A stretch of DNA of 10,448 nucleotides from Geosiphon pyriformis uo1 (Eukaryota; Fungi; Glomeromycota): positions 1 to 10,448 of the forward strand of contig JAAOMT010000115.1 in assembly GCA_016748015.1 (NCBI GenBank), given 5' to 3'. A program made the translations under genes and the position numbers. The first letter of the stretch is position 1. Each line of letters opens with the position of its first letter. The notes beneath the pieces were generated by a model. It had not been told where the DNA came from, searched no databases, and saw nothing but the letters and a program-made list of their open reading frames with translations. Below are positions 1 through 8,068 of this stretch, one piece after another.

Positions 1-139
1 CCCCCCCCCCACCCCCTCATAAGCATATGTTTGTTGGGTAGTGGTAAAGACTGTTACATTCTAGTAAGGACAAGTATAGGCTGGCATATTGCATAGAAAG
101 TGCTTTGGTTTGTTGGTTTAATTGGTTTTTTTTTTCAAA

Positions 140-2371
140 TTGGATTGGAGCTTTAGTAAGTAATCGTCATATTTAGTACCATTCCTATAGGTCCCTAGAG
201 ATAAGGTCTTGAGGCCCATCGTCTCTCATGACTGCATTATCCTTAGAGAGCGCCAGTAGGTATGGGTATTGAACAGTTCGGTTCACCATTCCAGGTACAA
301 AGGGCTTATGTATTCAGCAACAGTAGTAGTATGGATAAGCAGTCCATCATAGGTATGTAAATACTTGATATCCAATATGGTAAGGGATCCCCTTAGAGAG
401 TCTAATAACTGTCGCATAACAGTCGTATGAGGCCATAGGGGAGAGGACCTGTCTTTTGTAGTAGCCATCCATACTCTAGGAATAGGGTAGTAAGGGATCC
501 CTATAGCAAGTACAAGTACACTAGTATACCACGCAGCCCTTGGAAATAGGGCAGGCCATTCATACAAGTCTTGCAAGTCTGATATGCATTGCATAGTAAG
601 TATTCCATAGGTAATGGATACCCCCCAGTACCTACAGTCTAAGCGAGTTCACTATAGATAAGTGGATCTTGCAGGAAGTAAGTAGGACAGCCAGTTGTTC
701 TTTGAAATCGCACTCGCGTTGTAATGCGCACTGTAGTGCTGCTACATAGGGGCCTGCAGGATCTGCAATCTCATATAGCCGCAGATTGGCCATGATTTGT
801 GACAAGTATTGGCGCATATGTTGTACCATGAAGCATCATTTTCAGAGTATCCTTACCAATGGTTTAGTACCCATAGCGGCCAGATCAATGATACAAAGTT
901 AAGGGTATGGGAGTACAGGACTTGGCATATGAGGCCTTAGAATACAGGGTATTAGTACATCCTATAGCAAGTACAAGTCATGAGTATCTGGCAGTAGTAT
1001 TTTCTCTAGATAGGATGCCCCTCTACCCCCTCGCAAGTACATATGTATACAAGTAAACAGGCCTTGTATAGGGACAGGCCCCAATAAAGCCGTTATTCTA
1101 GTCTGATGGCCCATACCATGAGTTAAGATCTGCTTAATAATGCGCCTCCTTTAGGGTAAGGATTGGGATAAAGAAGACAGATGCAATCACTATATAAGCA
1201 GTCTACAGGGGTATGCAAGTAGTAGGAAGAGTTGAGTACCTCTGGATTTTGATTATGATAGGTAGAGTAACAAGTACTGATCTAGCTATGCCCTCCGTCA
1301 TGATAGGTATTGCAAAGGGTGGTGGTATTCTTTAGGGTGTCAAAGCGAGATTCTTTAGCATACTGGGAATGGTTGTGTGGTTTTGTGGAGCTCCCTCTGG
1401 AAATGAGTACTCATGAGCTTTAAAATCCCTAGTCAGATCCCCATACAAATTAGGATCCACTGTCTAGTCTATTGTCCTATACCTACAACCTCTAATGAGT
1501 CAGTACCTGCCCAGTATCTTACAGGATTCGTAGTGCTGAGCAGTAAATCGTCGGTTATTGCAGGATCCTTCCTATACAGGGACTACTAACCAAGTAGTCC
1601 TTAAATAGAAGTACTCATAAATACGGAGTCCTTGGGCGCAATTATAGGTTCCTTCCTCCAATCTACATGCTGTACAATCTTCATTAGTTTACAGGTACCA
1701 GGGGAGTACTCAATCAGGGAGGTTCTGGTAGGACTGCGTTCGCATCGCAGTGCAAATACGGAGTCCTTAATAAAAGATCTATCTCAGTAAAGAACCTCCC
1801 TCCCTTTGAAAGCCTCATTGTTGAGCACTTGCCTCAGATATACAAATGGGTATATGACAACTGCTTACCTTATGAGTTCATGGGTACTCTGTAAGGATCG
1901 ATCTCCTGACCTAGTATATGAATGAGTCTAACTGATAACTGAAGTCTAGTAGGCATATCACTAGGAGCACAGTCCTTGTTGAGGCCCTATTAGGGAGACC
2001 TATACTATAAGTACAACCCCCAATAGGTATACTTGCCAGTCCTATAGACTTACATCTTGGATAAGCCGATATCTAGGGAGATAGGGAGTAACTACGCGCT
2101 TTGATCGCCTATCCTTAGGGGGGTCGTCTTTAGCTATCCGTTTAGATAAATAGTTGCATATGGATATATAAGTTAGTCATAGGGTAAGGATTGGACCCTG
2201 GTAATACTTGCAGCTTTAGCACAGTACTCTAGATAGGTAATAGCCAAGTACAATAGAGGTGGACATCCTGAAGTCATAGCAAGTTATAGTGGGTGTACAA
2301 AGGGTCTTTTAGTAGACTTGCGCGCAAGAGTATAGTCATAAAGGGTCCTCAGGATCGAGGTCCTTCAGTAC
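140..2371 (-). pseudogene. Degenerate coding region(s) of unknown product, possibly two genes; the distal part has a weak F-box-like start
   Basis: The minus frame of ORF 632..829 reads protein-like from 2371 to ~622 (VLKDLDPEDPL*...HELIR*AVVIYPFVYLRQVLNNEAFKGREVLY*DRSFIKDSVFALRCERSPTRTSLIEYSPG...LP*RRRIIKQILTH...). It then appears to shift at the C6 run (621-626) into the frame of ORF 283..594, continuing YLEW*TELFNTHTYWRSLRIMQS*ETMGLKTLSLG. The stops are compatible with CAR->TAR and CGA->TGA. No homologue recognised. Confidence 0.45.
1716..1801. repeat. 11-bp inverted repeat enclosing a nested hairpin (second copy at 9784-9869)
   Basis: AGGGAGGTTCT (1716-1726) pairs with AGAACCTCCCT (1791-1801). 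Inside lies ACTGCG-TTCGCAT-CGCAGT (1733-1751). Confidence 0.6.
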
Positions 2372-2381
2372 CCCCCCCCCA
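2367..2381. repeat. Junction motif AGTA-C10-A (also at 8065-8079; truncated at both window ends)
   Basis: The identical 15-mer AGTACCCCCCCCCCA occurs at 2367-2381 and 8065-8079. Confidence 0.9.
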
Positions 2382-2399
2382 ACCCCCCCACTCAATATG

Positions 2400-3180
2400 G
2401 GATACTTTGGGATATTTTTGGGTATACTCAGTTTATACCTCTACATCTGGTTTGTATGAGATACTCCCTCTGGGATATGGGGTATTCGGTACCACCCATA
2501 CCATTTGGCTATCCTCGGGGTGGATTTTTGGTACCACCCTATAGGCTCATGGTGGATCTGGATACTACTACATATGGCTCTGGTGGTTTTTGTAGTGATT
2601 TGGTGGTCCCTACTATATGGGATCTACGGTTTGGTAGTTGTGGATCGGTTTGTATCTATTACCCTCTGGTTCTGTTGATTTGGGTATTTTGGATACCTCT
2701 ACTCTCTTTGCTACTCAGTGTCAATTTGGTATCACTACCCTATAGGCTCCTCAGTCTTGGGGACCACCCCCCCCCCATCCTCTGGTTACCAACATCTGGT
2801 ATTGGTGCTTAAAGGTTTTGTATATGTTTGGTATTTACTGGCTCTGGTAGTCATTGGGCTCAATTTGGTAAGTATTGGGCTCCTTGGGTTAGGATTTTGC
2901 TCTTTTGTTTGGTACCTTTGGTTTGATCTCTACCTCTTGTGATAGGCTACCTTTTGTAGAGGTATACCTATACCACTATGGGCATCTTTTGGTATCCCTA
3001 CTCTATTGGGCTATTGGGTATCTTGGGTACCCTCACATCCTGCTCCCATAATCTGGCTACTCAGTGTGATTGGGCTTATATGGGTACATCCTTGGCCAAA
3101 GTAGGTTGGATGGTCATCAATTTGTGCTCTTTTTTGTACCCATGGGCTCCCGGGGCCCCCCACCTTGGGATAAGGGTATT
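2400..3180 (-). pseudogene. Degenerate low-complexity P/Q/T/K/S-rich coding relic
   Basis: The minus strand is strongly C/A-skewed. One frame gives TRGRDQTKGTKQKSKI...QLPNRRSHIVGTTKSLQKPPEPYVVVSRST, which becomes QPPNRRSHTAGTTKSPQKPPEPHAAASRST after TA->CA reversion. The frame is not proven. Confidence 0.4.
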
Positions 3181-3587
3181 ACCATAATTAGCCACCAGTA
3201 CACATCCATAGTGGGGACTGTTATAGGTGGCCTTATCCAATCGGTACCTGCTGCTAGCAAGTACTACCTAGGATAGACTTGTACCTTACTAATACAGTGA
3301 TCCATTGTAAAAGGTTACCAATCTGCAATGTACCGTACCCTTATACCCTAAAAATCTACTTCTGGACTTGTTCATCCTTTAGTAGGGATATCCTTCATGT
3401 GATATGCTAATAAGGCGTGCTATGGTGACCAGCTATCAAAGAGTAGCCCCAGTCAGTAAGGATGAAAAAGCTCATCCTGATTATAATATCTAAGTGAGAG
3501 TGTAGAGGTTCATTAGGAATCTACCATGCTTGGGTAGTCTTATGTACTTCCCAGTGATATGCTCTACTAATATACCAGTACAATCAG

Positions 3588-3639
3588 GTGAGTAACCTAC
3601 TAGATCCTTACCATATACTTTGATCTTAGTAAATCTTAG
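3588..3639 (+). other. Candidate spliceosomal intron (52 nt)
   Basis: CAG|GTGAGT donor at 3588, CTTAG acceptor at 3635-3639, TTGAT as a possible branch relic. Length is typical of fungi. Confidence 0.45.
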
Positions 3640-3711
3640 CCAATAATATATTGTTGTACCCATTGCTAATACATTGTACTATGAACCATCCTATTATGCT
3701 AGTTATTATGG

Positions 3712-3764
3712 GTAAGTATGACCCAGTGGGTGGTACTCAGTAGCTCTACGCTGGAGCTGAATAG
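3712..3764 (+). other. Candidate spliceosomal intron (53 nt; alternative in-frame acceptor CAG at 3773)
   Basis: G|GTAAGT donor at 3712 and TAG at 3762-3764. It contains two of the few TGA stops in the host frame. The branch site is non-canonical. Confidence 0.4.
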
Positions 3765-4677
3765 CGTACACAGTACATATGACATAGCTACCATATCATT
3801 CTATGAGTCTTGTTATTTGTAAGGTAGCAAAGTTCAACTACTATCCTACTTACCAACCATGCTCACTATCCTGCCAGAGTCTAGATTTAGGGTGTGAGTA
3901 CCTCAGTGGCTCTTCAGTTAAATAGTAAATACCATATAGAGGATTGTACATGGTTGATGTATTGGACTGGTAGGTACTAGCATATACTTGGTAAGGGTTG
4001 GGTGTGTACGCTAGAGCTACAAGCGTCTAGATCCCCAGGTATACCGTAGGGGACTCTAGCGACATGTGAGATAACGGTATGAACCTGCTCATAATGATGG
4101 TTGCAAGTATTAGGGTCTTGGCCACCCCTGCCTGTACCACAGTACATCTGCAATTTGTACGGGTACTTACCTCTGGTGGATATCGCCATGTGGCAGGGTT
4201 ACTCATCTCATTGAATCCCAGCATGATGTACCCAGAGTCATATGGATAGCACGTAATGTAATGGGAGTAGGCATAACTGTATTCTGGATTGTGGTAAGGG
4301 CTAACTCCCCCATGGATCCTGAAGGACCCATATCACAGCGAGATACTTAACAATACGAAGGATCAATGGACCCCTAGCAGTAGATCCTAGTAGATACCAT
4401 AGAGGCTCCGGGGGGTAATGCACTATGAGTAGTAATCACCAAGTACATTGGCAGATACCGTTACAGGGAATGCTAGTGTCAACGGACAATGATATAGCTA
4501 AGAGGTACCTATCCTACAATACCCCCCAGGACTATAGCCATGATCTATCTAGTTTAGCTAAGTACCCAAAGTAGCTCGCGTCCCCAGTCCCTTAACTCTA
4601 GAGCTTAACCTCCCTGTCAGCCAGAACCCAACTATCTTAGCTACTCCATAAACTGGTACAACTTATAGCATAGGACT

Positions 4678-4723
4678 CCCCCCACCCCCCCTATTGCTCT
4701 ACGGGCCCCCCACACCCCCCCCC
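4678..4723 (-). other. Potential G-quadruplex (four long G tracts)
   Basis: Plus strand C6-A-C7-N14-C6-ACA-C9. It also reads as polyproline in the plus-strand relic frame. Confidence 0.55.
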
Positions 4724-7624
4724 TGTGGATTCCCATCCTTGCTTATTGAGCACTTGCCAATACCCTTTAGGGTGTAAATAACTGGTAATCAAGTACTCAC
4801 TGGGCTACCAATACTACCTAGTGGTTTGGGTAGGGACAGTCGATCTCGCAGGGTGGTGGATACGAGATTTGGTATTGGGGGGAGGTCGGAGGGTAGAAAG
4901 TTATTGGGTAGGTAAAGGCTTGGGGGTGTTGGGGTATTTGGTGGATGGATACGTATCCTTGGTTTGCATGGATTGTAGTGATTGGTGAGGAGACAGGATC
5001 CCCTAATGATTGGTGATGGTGGATTTGTATCCCTTTGTTGGGTAGATTGTGATGGATTGGTACTCAAATACTCAGTCTATTGATAGGTACTGGTGGTGGA
5101 TGGAGGGATTCTGGCTATGGATATTGACATGTAGGGTACTGATGGGTATACTCAATACAACAGTTTATGACAACCGACGGGTAGTGGCAGTTTATTGTAT
5201 TTGGCAGAGTACTCAATAGGTTGTGATGGTGATTGGGTCTGGTGATTCCTGCTTTGGCTTAATGGATGGATGGTAAGTGGGGATTGGGAGTATTGGTATA
5301 GAGATTTTGATGGTTTTGGGGATGGTATTGGTATTGGTTTGTAGGTACTGTGCTTTTACCCACCAAGTTGATGTGGACCAAGCTTTGACAATGGGGTTGT
5401 TGGCTTTACTTTATTGTAATACCCCCCCCCGCATAACATACTTTGGTTTACTTGTATGCTACACAGGCTGGTAATTGGTCTACTTAAGACCCTTCTGAGG
5501 GCTATAACTTAGATATTGAGTAGAAAATACAGGTATCCCTTTGTTTTGGTTTTTGCCATAGGTATGGGTCCTCTACAGTATCAACGACTACTCTAATAGC
5601 TTAAGTGGTAGTAGGAACTTTGTAGTAGAGGTGCTTTTGTATGAGTAAACTTCTAAGGGATGGGTATACCAATACCGTAGGACCCTTGAGTACCCATAGT
5701 ATAAGAATGCTTTGTGCATAAGGCATAGTGGGTCAATGGTGGTATTCTTTGTTGATAAGGGATCATAAGTACTGTGGTATCCATGGATCCTTAGTACTGC
5801 TCAATTGGGCACCGGATACGAGTATGGAAAATACCCATAGATAGAGGAGGTATTGATAGACTGTGGTACTTATGAGGTGTAGGGAGGATGGTATAGTAAG
5901 GAGCTTGTACTCCTTTATGGGGATCCCGCCATACCCGACTACTTGCTCCTAAAGCCCTGTCTACAAGGCTTATGGGGGACATATGACGCTCCAAAATACC
6001 CAATCAAGTTCTGGGTACTTTTTAGAGTCAAGGAGACTTAGCCCTGTCTTTGCAGTGAACTCTCCATGAACAGCCTGCTTTGGTAGGACACCCCCCCCCA
6101 CCCTTGGTGATTAGGTATCAGATTGGGGATGGAGTATAAGGAGCAAGACCATCAGGGAGTCATTGGAGTATGTAGTATGGGTATTTGGATATATGGTTCA
6201 CAAGTAAGGTCTGCTTGGTTGGATACGTATTGTACTCCCCCCAAGTCTTGGGATTGGTACTTGGTTGATCAAGAGTTTGGTGGCTTTAGTTGGTAAAGAG
6301 TCTTTTGCTTTGCTACCGGTACAAACAAGGGTGGATGGAGCCCTTGGTGATGACTACTAGTTAGACCATCAATACCTGCCCTGGCCCCACAGGTACAGAC
6401 CTAGTACCTCTACAAGTAGGAGCTCGAATAAAGGGTCCATTTACCCATATTGGGGGTTGGGAGATTGTACGTACGGTTAAACAGTGTTATCCTTGGGTTA
6501 GTCGGTTGGTTGGTGGTATAGGAAGTAATGGGTAGAGTACTAAGGGGTTGGATGAGTAGTGGATCTGTATGGAGGACCACCTTGTGCTCATCATAGCTTG
6601 TTACCTAAGTTTGTCTTAACGATCCCCCCACCCCCCGTGGAGGGCGGATACTTTGGTTGGATGGTTGTATACGAAAGCAGGCGCAAATACATGATTGGGA
6701 TACCCATCAATTCTCATTGTACTTGCCCCATGCCCAATGGTCCCCGTACCAAGTAACCTTGGCTAGTACTCCTAAGTCCTATTACTTTATATGAGGCTTT
6801 AGCTAGAGTTTGATGGTGTGTGGGTAGGTATAAAGTACATTTTTGGGTAAGCCTTGTGATACCTGGTATAGGATAGTCGGGTAGCAATAGTTTATTGGAG
6901 GATAATGTATACTCCTTACTTGGGTTAGGGGAGTACTCCGGGTCTGATGGTCAATGAAAATACTCGGATAGCGTTTCTGACTTTTTGTGGAGGTACGGGT
7001 TGGATAGCTTGATTGGGTGTCCATCTGGGCAACAGTTGTAGTTCTTTGGTACTTGGAGTTGGGAGATTGGGTTGGGGCTGGTCATAATCATAGTCAGGTG
7101 GGGATGGTGGGATGATGTGCTTGAGGTTTGATTTTGGTAAAGTTTTGGCTGGCTGGTCTGGTATATTTGTGAGTCTACTCTACTGCTTTGGGTAGTAAGC
7201 TTATGGGGAGGAGTCCTTGGAGTCATAGTACTTTATGCGTTTTGTACCTAAAATGGGTGTTGGGATTGGATCTTGCTCTGGGTTCCAACCTATTAAGTAT
7301 AATAGGGTATATGGACTATAGAAGCTTATACTTGTGCTAGGATGGATAGGTAATCTAGCCGACTATTTTAGCTTGTTCTTTGTGTAGTTTTGGATGAGTA
7401 GACAATCAGGTTGGTTGGTAGGTTTGGTACCAAGTTGGTAATGTCATTGGTCCCATTTGTAGCCCCCAATCATAGCAGTACTCTTACTTTGACTTGGGGC
7501 GGGTCTTGGGTAGGTATTTTTGATACAGCCTACTTTCTATACACACCCAATCTATATGCCCCCAGCCAGGGTAGGACCAAATGGGAGATTTGATAGGGAG
7601 TACCAAACCCAGGGTTTTACTTGC

Positions 7625-7674
7625 CTAGACAGCGTATATTAGAGGATTTAATTTTACTGGTATAAAGTACTTAC
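7625..7674 (-). other. Candidate spliceosomal intron (50 nt)
   Basis: The minus strand reads GTAAGT-actttataccagtaaaattaaatcct-CTAAT-atacgctgtc-TAG: consensus donor, CTRAY branch site 13 nt from the 3' end, YAG acceptor and an AT-rich interior. Confidence 0.55.
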
Positions 7675-7749
7675 AGGTTGGGGAGGCTATGCTATATAAC
7701 CATACGTGTTCCTCAATACCAATACCCCCCCCTTGGGCCTCTTGACAAG

Positions 7750-7777
7750 CCCCCCCCCCACACCCAACCCACACCCC
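7750..7777 (-). other. Canonical G-quadruplex motif / TG(n) telomere-like tract
   Basis: Minus strand GGGG-TGT-GGG-TT-GGG-TGT-G10 fits the G3+N1-7 x4 pattern. Confidence 0.65.
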
Positions 7778-8068
7778 AAAATGCACTACAAAGTTAAGGG
7801 TTAATGGGATACATCCAATAAACTACTTTGGGATCTCTGGAAATTGGTACCCAATTACGTCAGTTTCTGGGTATACGGTTGCTATTGCCAATCCCCCTTG
7901 CAAAAGGGATACCTCTAGAGAGATTGATGGGACCCTTTGGACGGACCTGTTTGTAAGCCTTGTCCGAGGTTGATGATGGGTAGAGGGTTCCTTGTTCTCA
8001 TGATTGCAAATACCAGATCCTGGGGATTGGGATCCAAATGGTTGGGGAGCTTCCTACTACAATGAGTA

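Larger units (their letters stand above)
1..2380. repeat. Long direct repeat, copy 1 (2380 bp, module A)
   Basis: 1-2380 matches 8069-10448 at offset 8068 wherever compared by eye. The ORF track gives identical proteins at 283..594/8351..8662 and 632..829/8700..8897. Both copies start C10-A-C5-TCAT and end CAGTA-C10. Confidence 0.97.
3182..4777 (+). pseudogene. Degenerate intron-containing gene relic on the plus strand with a Pro-rich C-terminus; product unknown
   Basis: The plus frame with codon starts at 2 mod 3 is interrupted mostly by TAG/TAA. It reads RRAMVTSYQRVAPVSKDEKAHPDYNI*VRV*RFIRNLP ... PWILKDPYHSEILNNTKDQWTPSSRS**IP*RLRG ... GLPPPPLLLYGPPTPPP. Two phase-1 intron candidates (52+53 nt = 105 nt) restore the frame around a stop-free 72-nt exon at 3640-3711. 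Confidence 0.45.
1..8068. mobile_element. 8068-bp repeating or circular unit carrying hypermutated gene relics; element class unassigned
   Basis: The period is set by the direct repeat. A RIP-like mutation signature implies the unit was multicopy. No mobility enzyme motif was recognised, so 'mobile' is an inference. Confidence 0.35.
4789..8068 (-). pseudogene. Long degenerate coding region(s), largely P/S/T/Q-rich; product unknown
   Basis: The minus strand is C/A-skewed. ORFs 4789..5067 and 5791..6003 share a frame that has only one TGA (7444-7446) between ~8070 and 6163. Example: KPIPIPSPKPSKSLYQYSQSP becomes KPTPTPSPKPSKSPHQHSQSP after TA->CA reversion. Other frames near 6800-7620 also read plausibly, so frame and exon structure are uncertain. 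Confidence 0.4.

Noticed and set aside
157-330. RT-like 'ISPLY...KYDDYLL' on the minus strand
   Set aside because: It is not YxDD, there is no QG/MG before SP, and the spacing does not fit RT motifs B' and C.
1403-1414. Palindrome ATGAGTACTCAT and other GTAC/TATA-centred palindromes
   Set aside because: These are expected by-products of symmetric TpA enrichment.
2005-2053. Minus-strand GTAAGT...TAG intron candidate
   Set aside because: There is no branch site, the surrounding frame reads through without splicing, and GTAAGT arises easily in this GTA-rich DNA.
2725-2755. Hammerhead-like CUGAGGA followed by a small stem on the minus strand
   Set aside because: No GAAA follows stem II, and stems I and III are absent.
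2293-3276. Overlapping hydrophobic plus-strand ORFs (also 5277..5474, 6559..6756, 7411..7593) as membrane proteins
   Set aside because: They overlap in all three frames and are rich in G/L/V/W/F, as expected for the antisense shadow of a C/A-rich strand.
3868-3877. ATCCTGCCAG resembling the 18S rRNA 5' end, with an ~8-kb period like an rDNA unit
   Set aside because: The match is only 10 nt, and no other 18S, 5.8S, 28S or 5S conserved blocks were found.
4114-4134. Walker A-like QAGVAKT in ORF 4027..4224
   Set aside because: It has Ala in place of the invariant Gly, which needs a transversion not explained by RIP. No Walker B is evident, and the region reads better on the plus strand.
5913-5957. 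PIF/Harbinger-like 'LYGDPA' on the plus strand
   Set aside because: It is an isolated hexapeptide without the following Tyr or other DDE blocks, and it lies on the strand opposite to the compositional signal.
6052-6090. MULE/WRKY-like 'CPTKAGCSWRVHC' on the minus strand
   Set aside because: No properly spaced HxH or downstream DDE domain is recognisable. It is worth an HMM check but cannot be supported by eye.
1-8068. Intact ~8-kb circular virus or plasmid, or a CRISPR array
   Set aside because: No ORF exceeds 118 aa in the standard code, all three stop types occur in the longer candidate frames, no Rep, E1 or capsid motifs were found, and there are no regularly spaced repeats.
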